Source of the DNA: Ginsengibacter sp.
GTDB lineage: Bacteria > Bacteroidota > Bacteroidia > Chitinophagales > Chitinophagaceae
Length of the DNA stretch: 64,000 nucleotides
Direction of reading: 5' to 3'
NCBI GenBank assembly: GCA_039935455.1
Contig: JBDTKF010000146.1
Span: forward strand, 22,543 to 86,542
Positions 40,885 through 50,695 of the stretch are shown here, one piece after another. The notes below the pieces were generated by a model. That model saw only the letters and a program-made list of their open reading frames with translations, made no database searches and was not told the DNA's origin. The stretch's first letter is position 1. Each line of letters starts with the position of its first letter. The position numbers and the translations under genes are program-made.

Positions 40885-43035
40885 ATGAAAAGAAATCTAC
40901 TTTTAATCGCAGGTATTGCCATCCTTCATTTTAGTGCAGATGCACAAGGAGTAACACAAATTAATGCCAATAAAAGCCTGCAGGTTGTGTTACCAATGTC
41001 CAATAATAAAACATTGCTCTACTCTCAACTCGATAGCTCAATTTGGGTAACAGATGCTACTCTTGCCGGCACTGTTCAAATATCTCCAAACATTAAGTTT
41101 GAGGATGAGTGGGGGTTACTTAATGGTAAAGTTATTTTTAGCGGAAGTACTGCAGCTACTGGTTCCGAGTTATATATTTCGGATGGTACGCCAGGAGGAA
41201 CCGTCTTGGTAAGCGATATTAGTGGGGGTGTTACTGGTTCGAGTCCAGGTGAATTCGTATTGCTGGGTAACTATTTATATTTTACTGCAAAAACAGCTTT
41301 ACAAGGACGTGAATTATGGAGAACAAACGGGACATCCGCAGGGACAACTATCGTTAAGGACATTGTAGCTGGTGCCGGAAGCAGCAATACGGAATTCAAC
41401 TATAATTTATTTTCAAACGGATCCTATCTTCTATTTGCAGCGAATACAACAAGTGCAGGAAATGAATTGTGGAAATCGGACGGAACCTCTGCCGGAACTA
41501 TTTTATTAAAAGATATCAATACAGGTCATTCGGGTGCTGATTCTTCGAATCCCGATTATTTTACAGTACTTAATAATATTGTTTTATTTTCTGCTACGGA
41601 CGCTACACATGGGAATGAAATTTGGAAAACTGATGGCTCGTCTGCTGGTACTGTACTTGTTAAAGACATCAATTCCGGGACAGCAAGTTCTACCGAAACA
41701 GAAATATTTCCGGGCTATTTTGCAAATTTCTTTCTAGGCTTTCATATTTTCAAGAAACGTGCTTATTTTAATGCTAACGATGGCACAAGTTCCGGTGAAA
41801 TTTGGGTTACCGACGGAACCTCGGCTAATACGACGCTTGTAAAAGATTTTCCTTCCACGGCTCCAAATTTTTCATGGCCACTTTTGATAAATGCTGTCAA
41901 TTATCCCGGCAAGTTTATTTTTCCTTACGGAGATGGCATTAGCAGATCTGAACTTTGGCAGTCAGATGGCACTCCAGCCGGTACTGTTTTGTTTAAGTCA
42001 TTCTCTCCAACTACTCCGGGAACAAGTCCTTCAATTTTCATACCTTATAGAGTCGACTTCATCAACCAAACTTTGACCAACCCACTTTTCAAGGGCACTA
42101 AATTTTTCTTTGCCGCAGGTACTTCCACACAGGGAACGGAATTGTGGGTTTCTGATGGAACGGTCGCAGGAACTAATGTTGTTAAGGATATTTATGCAGG
42201 CACAGGTGATGGAATTGATTTCAGCATGGGTAGTGGATCATACTTGTACACAGGAACAACGTTTTTCTTCGGAGCTTTCGAAGGAACCCATGGTAGTGAG
42301 TTATGGCAAACCGATGGTACATCTGCGAATACCACTATGGTAAAGGATATTAATCCCAATGCAGGCAACTCGAGTCCGGAACTTTCTTTCTTTGTTGCCA
42401 ATGGAAAAGTAATGTTTGGTGCTACAGATGGCACTCCCGCTGATCCTGCCATAACGGATCTTTACATTGTTGGCGGCACTTTTACGGCGTTACCGGTTAC
42501 ATTGATTGACTTCACCGTTACCCCAAAAGGAAATGATGCATTATTGACCTGGAGTACGCAACAGGAAATAAACAGCAAAAGTTTTAATATACAACGCGGA
42601 TATGACGGGCAGCATTTTGAGGATATCGGGAGTGTCAACTCTGGAGGAACCACGTATGGGATAAGTAAATATTCTTTTACTGATGAGAGCATCATCATTA
42701 GTGGAAAACCCGTTATTTATTACAGGTTAAACGCAATTGACAAAGATGGGAAATCAGCTCTAACGAATATTATTTCTTTAAGAATTAATGGCAATAGCCA
42801 GTGGAGTGTACGATTACTTTCTAATCCCGTAAAAGATTTTGTAAGTCTCTTATTGAATAACATTAACGGGAAACTACAGCTCTCTGTAAGAGATATGAGT
42901 GGTAAGATTATTTACACAAAATCAATGGAAAACATAAATGGACAAATTACATTGCCCGTGCCTTTGCAAAGTGGAATGTATCTTTTGGAGGTTGTCACTA
43001 ACAATGAAAGGGAAATTATAAAGTTTATAAAATAG
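40885..43035 (+). CDS. ELWxxDGT-repeat protein with T9SS C-terminal domain
   Basis: Signal peptide; eight ELW/EIW-x-x-DGT-like repeats; LPVTLIDF Ig-like domain; NPVKD...SGMYLL...KFIK type-A CTD. Confidence 0.9.
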   Translation: MKRNLLLIAGIAILHFSADAQGVTQINANKSLQVVLPMSNNKTLLYSQLDSSIWVTDATLAGTVQISPNIKFEDEWGLLNGKVIFSGSTAATGSELYISDGTPGGTVLVSDISGGVTGSSPGEFVLLGNYLYFTAKTALQGRELWRTNGTSAGTTIVKDIVAGAGSSNTEFNYNLFSNGSYLLFAANTTSAGNELWKSDGTSAGTILLKDINTGHSGADSSNPDYFTVLNNIVLFSATDATHGNEIWKTDGSSAGTVLVKDINSGTASSTETEIFPGYFANFFLGFHIFKKRAYFNANDGTSSGEIWVTDGTSANTTLVKDFPSTAPNFSWPLLINAVNYPGKFIFPYGDGISRSELWQSDGTPAGTVLFKSFSPTTPGTSPSIFIPYRVDFINQTLTNPLFKGTKFFFAAGTSTQGTELWVSDGTVAGTNVVKDIYAGTGDGIDFSMGSGSYLYTGTTFFFGAFEGTHGSELWQTDGTSANTTMVKDINPNAGNSSPELSFFVANGKVMFGATDGTPADPAITDLYIVGGTFTALPVTLIDFTVTPKGNDALLTWSTQQEINSKSFNIQRGYDGQHFEDIGSVNSGGTTYGISKYSFTDESIIISGKPVIYYRLNAIDKDGKSALTNIISLRINGNSQWSVRLLSNPVKDFVSLLLNNINGKLQLSVRDMSGKIIYTKSMENINGQITLPVPLQSGMYLLEVVTNNEREIIKFIK

Positions 43036-43472
43036 GAAGAGTATTAGAAATACAGAAGCTCCATGGGTGGTGCCTGGTTGTGTTTTATTATCCTTACCCG
43101 CTCAATCCGATTTAAAAATACAGTAAAGCAACAAATTGATGCGATTTTATTTTGATGAGATATAAGAAGGATGATGGGTATTTCTTCAGACAACACTTCT
43201 TTGAAGGACTTGTTTGTTCGGGTATTACTTTTTCCTGCCATGAAAACATTGTAATTTGTCTATTGCTTACAGGTCTCATTTTTGTTAGAAAATCGTCCCA
43301 TAATTTCAATGAAAAATTTATAAGCGTTGCTTATCACAGTTGCTGTATCCATTGCTTGTCCTGTGGAGAACTGAAGCTAATATTTAATTGAAAGTGATTG
43401 TTAGAATTAATGGTCAGCAGAATTCTGTCAAGTCGAAACTGCCGCTGATCGTGTTTTGAAGTATTTATTTTA

Positions 43473-43940
43473 CTATTTAATGTCAGGCATTCTTGTAATG
43501 TCTTCAATATGGATAAGAGTTAATTTCCAAATCCCTTCTTGCTGTTTTGTCCATACCAAACTATAGTTACCTTTTTCTTTAAGAACGGGTCCGCCCGGTG
43601 GAGTGAGGTCAAGTGAATAAGTTCCACCGTCATAGGCCAAAAGATTGTCGCTTTTTTTTATAACAGAAGATGTTTTGAGGTTACTAATAACTTTGACGCC
43701 TCCGCTAACCCAGTTGTCAGCAATTGCTTTGTGTCCTTGGTGAATCAAAGAGTCGTTCATAACAATAGCATTGTCAGCAATAACACGCATGATTGAGGAG
43801 GAATCTTTATTATTCCAGCCACTATTAAAAATCGCTGTCAGTGAGTCAACATTTACAAAACCCTGGTCCGTGCTTTTTTCTGTCGACTGATTGCAACTGA
43901 TACTCGTAAATGAAATTAGAAGAAAAGTCAGCAGTCTCAT
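43473..43940 (-). CDS. SnoaL/NTF2-like (DUF4440/YybH) lipoprotein
   Basis: Lipobox SISC; EKGNYSLVWTKQQEGIWKL...H. Confidence 0.8.
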   Translation of the reverse strand: MRLLTFLLISFTSISCNQSTEKSTDQGFVNVDSLTAIFNSGWNNKDSSSIMRVIADNAIVMNDSLIHQGHKAIADNWVSGGVKVISNLKTSSVIKKSDNLLAYDGGTYSLDLTPPGGPVLKEKGNYSLVWTKQQEGIWKLTLIHIEDITRMPDIK

Positions 43941-44304
43941 GATTGATTTATTTGGTTTAAGATTGATGAAGCTTCGCTAACGGTTTTGCATTGAGCTGTT
44001 GCGCAATAAACTTCCTTCAGACCGCCTTATCAAATATAGAAAGAAAAATTCATTGTTTTAATAAATGTCGAATGAATTCAATCCTCATGAACCAAAGCTC
44101 AGTTGAAAGAAATGCTGATGAGACATTGTTTCAGCAAGCTATTGATTAAATCGATGGTTTGCTGTGGTTTTTTTTAGATTAATGTCAGAATTACTAAGCA
44201 TAAAATCTCAACAAAAAACAAAAAAAACTGAAGTAATTTTTGCTTTCACCAGAAGGTTTTTGCGAAGAGGGAAGTTTGAAAAATTTTTTAGTCTTTCTCT
44301 TTTC

Positions 44305-44340
44305 AAAAAAGAACTGGGTAACAAAAATGCTACTCAGTTC
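44305..44340 (-). terminator. Terminator of the tRNA transcript
   Basis: Minus strand gaactgagta-gcatttttgt-tacccagttc followed by TTTTTT. Confidence 0.75.
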
Positions 44341-44344
44341 TGTG

Positions 44345-44421
44345 TGGTGACCCTGTCAGGATTCAAACCTGAAACCTCTTGATCCGTAGTCAAGTGCTCT
44401 ATTCAATTGAGCTACAGGGCC
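44345..44421 (-). tRNA. tRNA-Arg(ACG)
   Basis: GGCCCTGTAGCTCAATTGAATAGAGCA-CTTGA-CTACGGA-TCAAG-AGGTTTCAGGTTTGAATCCTGACAGGGTCACCA. Cloverleaf forms, anticodon ACG, CCA is encoded. Confidence 0.97.
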
Positions 44422-44504
44422 ATTATTTCATTTTAGCAATTACAGTGAATTAGAACAAGCTCTCATACTCACTTCTTAAAGAAAACTGAACAGCTAAAGA
44501 GGCG

Positions 44505-44512
44505 CAAAAGTA
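44505..44512 (-). promoter_or_regulatory. -7 element of the tRNA promoter
   Basis: TACTTTTG on the minus strand, about 85 bp upstream of the tRNA. Confidence 0.6.
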
Positions 44513-44692
44513 ATAAATTATTTATTCAACTCAATTTCTTCCACTACAATTATTTAATAATATTATTAATTTTTGACTATTCATAAGAAGCTGCAATAAA
44601 AGCTTTTCCTCAGCGTTTATATAGACTTAGTGAAGGACAAGTCTTCGATAAATCAGGATTCAAACTACCTCCAAATCTAAACTTAAAACCAA

Positions 44693-47665
44693 ATGAAGGT
44701 CTCAAAATATAGCCTCTTTATTATCTGCTTAGGAATTTTATTATCATGCTGGCTATTTATTCGCATTAACGACAATCATAAAAGAACAATCGAAAATTCT
44801 GATCAGATATATTTGGCGCGCCAAAATGTAAATAATATTGATAACATTTTTTTCAAAATCACCCAGCTCGAACTAAACAGCCAGAAATATATTATTACCG
44901 GCGAATCCTCGTTTGAAATCAAGGCGCTGGAAAGAATTGCAGATTTGGAAAATCTGTCAGTTCATTTGGATAGAGTTGCCAATGAAAACCAGTCGGCCAA
45001 AATATTGTTGCCTTTATTACTTGAAAAAACCAACCTCCAAAAACAAATTATTGAAATAAACAAAACTTCAAATAATAAAGCACGATTCATCATTACAGGA
45101 GCAGAAAACACAGCACTCACGGATCAAATCTATCAATCTATTAATAATTTGAAAACGGAATATGGGAACAAAATTGTTTCATTACGCGAAGAAAGGCAGA
45201 TGATGGATTCCAGGAATTTTAAAACAACTGTCCTTATCATCCTCTGCTCAATTGGATTTATTCTTCTGACTCTTACTCTATTAATCAGGAATAGATTATT
45301 GAGAAAACTGGCTCAAACTGATACACACGAAATTGAAGAAAAATATAAAAATCTTATCGAAAATTCAGGAGTTGGTTTGCTAACAACCGATCTGGACGGG
45401 CATATTACTTTCATAAATAAACGGATCACTTCATGTACCGGTTTTAGTAGTGATGAGATTATCGGCAAACACTTTTCTTCCCTGGTGGGGAAAAAATGGG
45501 CTCAGATTATCAACGAAAAATTCAAAAGTCAGTTTCAATCATCTGAATACGAATGGATAATCGAGTATCCACTGAAAGTGAAATCAGGAGACACAATCTG
45601 GGTAGAACAGTCGAATGTCATCTTGTCCGAGAACGGGGTAGCAAAAGGTTTCCAATGTATTTTAAAAGACATCACTGAAAAATTGAAAATCGAATCAGAG
45701 CTAAAAAAAATCGAATCAGAGCGAGCTGAAAATGAGTTCAGACTTCAATCGATCCTTGACAATACACCACGTATTATTTTTATCAAAAACCTGGAAGGCA
45801 AATACTTACTTACAAATGAAAGCTACCGTACAGCATTCAATTTGACAAAAGAGCAAATAATCGGAAAATCTGATTTTGACTTAGTTAAAGAAAGTGAAGC
45901 AATCCGTTATAGCGAGAGTGATCAATATGTAATCAAAGAAAAGAAAAATGTTGAGGTAGAAGAAACCATCTACCTAAATGGAGAGCCTAAGAATCTTCTA
46001 ATCGTTAAATCTCCATTGTTTGATAAGAATAATAACATTTACGGTATTTGCGGAATAGCCAGCGATATCACAGAAAGATATATCTACGGAATGCATCTGA
46101 TCGAGGCAAAAAGAAAAGCTGAACTGGCAGAGCAATTACAGGAACAATTTTTGGCAAACATGAGCCATGAAATAAGAACGCCGATGAATGGGATTATCGG
46201 GATGACCAATAATTTATTGTCGGGCCCGATTACAGATGAGCAAAAAGAATTTTTACAAGTAATCAAAAAATCATCAGATAGCTTGATGGTTCTGATGAAT
46301 GATGTCCTTGATCTTTCTAAAATAAAAGCAGGAAAATTAAGAATCGAAAAAATTGATTTTCGCCTGAGAGAAACGATTGAATATACCATTAGCACTTTCA
46401 GAACTTTGATAAAAGAAAAAGGTCTCGTGCTCCGTGTTTCTGTGGAGCTTGATGTTCCTGATTCATTGACCGGAGATCCCCACCGGCTTAACCAGGTTCT
46501 CAATAACCTTCTCAGTAATGCCATCAAATTTACGCCGCAGGGAGAAATTAAATTTGAGATTAAATTGCTCCACCACTATAATAATGAGGTGCAACTCTCC
46601 TTTTCTGTAACCGATTCGGGAATAGGAATTCCGAAGGAGAAACAACAGGTAATTTTTGATTCTTTTTCACAGGCAGAAACCGGTACTTCGAGAAAATTTG
46701 GTGGTAGCGGACTTGGTTTATCAATTTCCAAAAGATTGATTGAAATGCAAGACGGAAAGATTGAAGTGAACAGTACACCAGGAAAAGGAACTGAATTTTG
46801 TTTTACTATCAATTATGCAATTGCTACTCATACTGTTGCAAAACAATATGACAGTATGAAACAGGAAACCTTTATCCAGGACGGGTTAGCAGGCAAACGA
46901 ATTCTGGTAGTTGAAGATAATGAAGCCAATCAAAAAGTAATTTACCACATGCTGAATAAGGCAGGAATCGAAACGGATCTTGCAGATAATGGACAAGTCG
47001 CAATACAATTATTGGAACAAGGTTTCGAATATGACCTGATTATCATGGATCTTCAGATGCCAGAAATGGATGGTTTTGAAACAACCATTTATCTTCGTCA
47101 GAAATTGAAACTAACGATTCCAATCATTGCGATGACAGCAAGCGCATTAAGAAATGAGAAAATTAAATGCATGGAACTGGGCATGAATGAATATTTGAAT
47201 AAGCCTTTTGTTCCTGCTGATCTTTTTCGGCAATTAAGAAGATTTCTACTAAAGAAAAAAGAGACTACATTGCAAAATAATCAGCCCTTTTCTGAACATG
47301 GAGCAAAAAGGCTTTATAGCCTCAATCATTTGATAGAATTGGATGACATGGATTGTCTTTGTGAGGTATTACAGCTTTTTATAGAATCAACCCCAGTAAT
47401 GATGCTGGAAATAAAAGAAGCAATCCTCAATAAGGATTGGGAGGAGGTTTACAAAAAATCTCATAAAATAAAAAGCAGTATCGGAATTTTACAAATGGGG
47501 GAATTAATGTCAACAATTTCTAAAATAGAATCCGATTCAAAAGAAAGAAGAAATTTAAACGAAATATCAATCAATTATGGAAAGGCAAACGAACTTTTTT
47601 TGAAAACAATTCCTATGATAAAATCAGAACTTCAAAATGCATTGAGTTTGGTTTTGAAAAATTAA
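44693..47665 (+). CDS. Hybrid sensor kinase (TM-CHASE3-like-TM-PAS-PAS-HisKA-HATPase-REC-Hpt)
   Basis: FLANMSHEIRTPMNG, NLLSNAIKFT, DSGIGI, GGSGLGLSI, VVEDNE...MDLQMP, C-terminal HKIKSS (Hpt). Confidence 0.93.
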   Translation: MKVSKYSLFIICLGILLSCWLFIRINDNHKRTIENSDQIYLARQNVNNIDNIFFKITQLELNSQKYIITGESSFEIKALERIADLENLSVHLDRVANENQSAKILLPLLLEKTNLQKQIIEINKTSNNKARFIITGAENTALTDQIYQSINNLKTEYGNKIVSLREERQMMDSRNFKTTVLIILCSIGFILLTLTLLIRNRLLRKLAQTDTHEIEEKYKNLIENSGVGLLTTDLDGHITFINKRITSCTGFSSDEIIGKHFSSLVGKKWAQIINEKFKSQFQSSEYEWIIEYPLKVKSGDTIWVEQSNVILSENGVAKGFQCILKDITEKLKIESELKKIESERAENEFRLQSILDNTPRIIFIKNLEGKYLLTNESYRTAFNLTKEQIIGKSDFDLVKESEAIRYSESDQYVIKEKKNVEVEETIYLNGEPKNLLIVKSPLFDKNNNIYGICGIASDITERYIYGMHLIEAKRKAELAEQLQEQFLANMSHEIRTPMNGIIGMTNNLLSGPITDEQKEFLQVIKKSSDSLMVLMNDVLDLSKIKAGKLRIEKIDFRLRETIEYTISTFRTLIKEKGLVLRVSVELDVPDSLTGDPHRLNQVLNNLLSNAIKFTPQGEIKFEIKLLHHYNNEVQLSFSVTDSGIGIPKEKQQVIFDSFSQAETGTSRKFGGSGLGLSISKRLIEMQDGKIEVNSTPGKGTEFCFTINYAIATHTVAKQYDSMKQETFIQDGLAGKRILVVEDNEANQKVIYHMLNKAGIETDLADNGQVAIQLLEQGFEYDLIIMDLQMPEMDGFETTIYLRQKLKLTIPIIAMTASALRNEKIKCMELGMNEYLNKPFVPADLFRQLRRFLLKKKETTLQNNQPFSEHGAKRLYSLNHLIELDDMDCLCEVLQLFIESTPVMMLEIKEAILNKDWEEVYKKSHKIKSSIGILQMGELMSTISKIESDSKERRNLNEISINYGKANELFLKTIPMIKSELQNALSLVLKN

Positions 47666-47680
47666 AAGAAAACACTACCT

Positions 47681-48079
47681 ATGAAAATATTAATTGCTGA
47701 TGATGAAATGATCACGCGAAAAATTATTGAGCTCAGATTAAAAAAAGACGGCCATGAGGTCATCGTAACTTCCAACGGTCAGGAGGCTTTGGAGCAAATC
47801 AGTTTACAAGATCCAGATATGATCATTGCAGATATCATGATGCCATTTACCTCAGGGCTGGAAATCGTAAGTGTTGTAAAACGAGGTGGTCATCATCGTA
47901 AAGTGCCAATAATAATCCTGTCGTCAATGGGCCAGGAAAACGTGGTGCTGGAAGCATTTAATCTTGGAGCAGATGATTATATTACAAAACCATTTAGTCC
48001 TAACGAACTTTCGATGCGTGTAAAACGACTAACTCCTGCAGCAACTAATCTATTTGTAAAAATTAACGAAAGAACATAA
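47681..48079 (+). CDS. Single-domain response regulator
   Basis: IADDE, ADIMMP, LSS, ITKPF; no output domain. Confidence 0.93.
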   Translation: MKILIADDEMITRKIIELRLKKDGHEVIVTSNGQEALEQISLQDPDMIIADIMMPFTSGLEIVSVVKRGGHHRKVPIIILSSMGQENVVLEAFNLGADDYITKPFSPNELSMRVKRLTPAATNLFVKINERT

Positions 48080-48121
48080 TTGCTCATAAACTTGCAATCC
48101 GTATCGCTATAATTTAAATAC

Positions 48122-49261
48122 ATGCTCACGTTCCTAAACTTTAATTTAAGTAGCATTGGTAAATCAATTAATTATTTACGCGAAAATATTTTTACCGAAC
48201 ATGTATTGTTTGATATAACTATATTTTTTGCCGCAGCAATAATTGGTATCACCGGATTTATTTTTGTATATCTTTTTAGAAAAGAAAAAATCGCAAAAAG
48301 AAAAAACATTCTTCAAGCGTCCATTGATAATTTTATTGGTGAAATTGCGATCTCTGAATCAGAAAATGAATTGATCCAGGTGGTTTCAAACCAGGATTAT
48401 CAAAATCTGCTGCTGCAAGTACAACATAGCAAATTCTATCGCAAAATGCTGATTAATGAATTATCCGAAACCTCGAGAAAATTCAGAGGATCTACAATGA
48501 CAAATGTTTTATGGCTTTTTAAGAAATTGGATTTGGAGAAACAATTATTAAAGAATTTTGACAAAAAGAAATGGCATAAAAAAGCAAAAATCGTTCAACA
48601 GATTTCTTACTTGCATCTAAATAGTAACATTGAAAAAATATTCTCTTTAACGAATGACCGTAATGAATCATTACGTATGGAAGCGCAAATTGCAATTGTG
48701 AAAATGACTGGTTTCGATGGCTTAAATTTTTTAGATAATGTCATTTATCCGATCTCGGAATGGCAGCAGCTCAGATTAATAGAAGAACTTTCAAGCCATA
48801 TTGAACCTAAAGCCGGGAATATTATTGAGTGGTTGAAATCTAATAATCTAACCGTTGTAAACTTTGCATTACGTCTTATAGAAATTTACAGACAATATGA
48901 TTTTTATAATGAAGTTGCCATTTGTCTTTCGCATCCGTCCATTTCTATATGCAGTAGAGCTGTCATAACAATAAGCACGATCAGTAAAGAGACTACTGCA
49001 GATCTTTTAATAGCCCATTATGATACTTACAACGAGTCCACGCAAATAACAATTTTAAAAGTTTTGCAGGTTATAGGAACAGAAAACCAATTTCCTTTCT
49101 TACTATCAATTTTAAATCACCACGATGACACTTATAAACTCCAGGCAGTGAAAGCAATTACAACCATCAGCAAAGCCGGAATTGAAAAAATTGAAAAGGT
49201 CATCGATAAAAGCTTGTTTCCATGGAACATTATTTTGTCTCAAATTAAAAACGTTGCATGA
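48122..49261 (+). CDS. Membrane-anchored HEAT-repeat protein
   Basis: One TM near the N-terminus; LRMEAQIAIVK, ISEWQQLRL, SNNLTVVNFALRLI and repeated helical pairs. ATGA overlap with the GT2 gene. Confidence 0.8.
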   Translation: MLTFLNFNLSSIGKSINYLRENIFTEHVLFDITIFFAAAIIGITGFIFVYLFRKEKIAKRKNILQASIDNFIGEIAISESENELIQVVSNQDYQNLLLQVQHSKFYRKMLINELSETSRKFRGSTMTNVLWLFKKLDLEKQLLKNFDKKKWHKKAKIVQQISYLHLNSNIEKIFSLTNDRNESLRMEAQIAIVKMTGFDGLNFLDNVIYPISEWQQLRLIEELSSHIEPKAGNIIEWLKSNNLTVVNFALRLIEIYRQYDFYNEVAICLSHPSISICSRAVITISTISKETTADLLIAHYDTYNESTQITILKVLQVIGTENQFPFLLSILNHHDDTYKLQAVKAITTISKAGIEKIEKVIDKSLFPWNIILSQIKNVA

Positions 49262-50676
49262 ATATTACTGATCACATATTTCATTTTCTCGCATTAGGAA
49301 TCCTTATATACTCTGTTACGCTGCTTTTATTTTACATGCTGATTATCATTTATTCGATTTCTGAAATGAAACTTTACTTCCGCAAAAGCAGTTTCACTGA
49401 TTATAATATTATTGCTTCTTCAGAGTTTGCGCCAACAGTAAGTATCCTGGCACCGGCCTATAACGAAGAAAAGAATATTATCGAAAATGTGCGCTCATTG
49501 CTTGCAGTTCATTACAATAATATAGAGCTGATTGTTATCAACGATGGGAGCAAGGATAATTCTCTGCAACAATTGATCGCAGCATATAACCTGGTGAAAG
49601 TTCCTTTTCTTGTAAATGAGAAAATCAAAACAAAACCTATTCTCGGAATTTACAAAAGCAGCAATCCTGTCTATCACAAATTGATTGTTATAGATAAAAT
49701 CAACGGTGGAAAAGCAGATGCGTTGAATACAGGAATAAATGTTGCTACCAATAAATATATTGTTTGTATTGATGCAGATTGCGTTTTAGAACAGGATGCG
49801 ATGCTTAAATTAATTAAGCCCTTTTTGGAAAAAACAAATAAGCGCGTGATTGCAACCGGTGGCGTAATCAGAATCGCAAACTCCTGTGAAATCAGGAATG
49901 GAAAACTTATAAAAGTTCATTTGCCCAGGCAGATTTTGCCACGCATGCAGGTTCTTGAATACATACGTGCTTTTATGTTGGGAAGAATGGCCTGGAGTCG
50001 GATGAACGGCCTATTGATTATATCAGGAGCTTTCGGTGCTTTTGATCGTGAAATAGCGCTAAAAGCCGGTGGTTATAATCCTGAAACAGTTGGAGAAGAT
50101 ATGGAGCTGATTGTTCGTATGAGACGTTATATGCACGAGCACAACCTACCTTATAAGGTTCCCTTTATCCCTGATCCTTTATGCTGGACAGAAGCGCCTG
50201 CCTCTTATAAAATTTTAGGAAGGCAACGCAATCGCTGGACCCGTGGTACAATCGAAACTTTGAAAATTCATAAGAAAATGTTCTTCAATTACCATTTCGG
50301 TATATTAGGAATTCTGAGTTACCCTTATTGGTTCTTTTTTGAATTACTGGCCCCTATGATTGAATTTTCAGGGTTCGCACTTTTAGTGATTTTCGCTATG
50401 ATGGGTTTCGTCGCGTGGCATTTTTTTCTCTATCTCCTTGCATTCATCTTATTTTTTGGATATCTATATTCTGTATTTGCAATCTTAGTCGAGGTGCTCA
50501 CTTTCAATCAATATAAAAAGCGATCTGATATTTTAAAACTAATCCTGGTTGCATTTGCCGAACCGATAATTTTTCATCCGTATGTAGTATTGGCGGCGGT
50601 TAGAGGAAATATAGATTTTTTAAGAAAACGCAAGTCCTGGGGCGAAATGACAAGACAAGGGTTTAACAGTAAATAA
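49258..50676 (+). CDS. Processive GT2 glycosyltransferase (PgaC/IcaA/YaiP-like)
   Basis: PAYNEE, DGSKD, GGKADALN, DAD, EDMEL, QRNRW (QxxRW); one N-terminal and several C-terminal TMs. Confidence 0.92.
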   Translation: MNITDHIFHFLALGILIYSVTLLLFYMLIIIYSISEMKLYFRKSSFTDYNIIASSEFAPTVSILAPAYNEEKNIIENVRSLLAVHYNNIELIVINDGSKDNSLQQLIAAYNLVKVPFLVNEKIKTKPILGIYKSSNPVYHKLIVIDKINGGKADALNTGINVATNKYIVCIDADCVLEQDAMLKLIKPFLEKTNKRVIATGGVIRIANSCEIRNGKLIKVHLPRQILPRMQVLEYIRAFMLGRMAWSRMNGLLIISGAFGAFDREIALKAGGYNPETVGEDMELIVRMRRYMHEHNLPYKVPFIPDPLCWTEAPASYKILGRQRNRWTRGTIETLKIHKKMFFNYHFGILGILSYPYWFFFELLAPMIEFSGFALLVIFAMMGFVAWHFFLYLLAFILFFGYLYSVFAILVEVLTFNQYKKRSDILKLILVAFAEPIIFHPYVVLAAVRGNIDFLRKRKSWGEMTRQGFNSK

Positions 50677-50695
50677 CCGATAATAGTTTACCAGT

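Noticed and set aside
44305-44421. Classical tRNA-targeted island with attL/attR
   Set aside because: No second copy of the tRNA 3' end was found, the tRNA keeps its own terminator, and there is no integrase.
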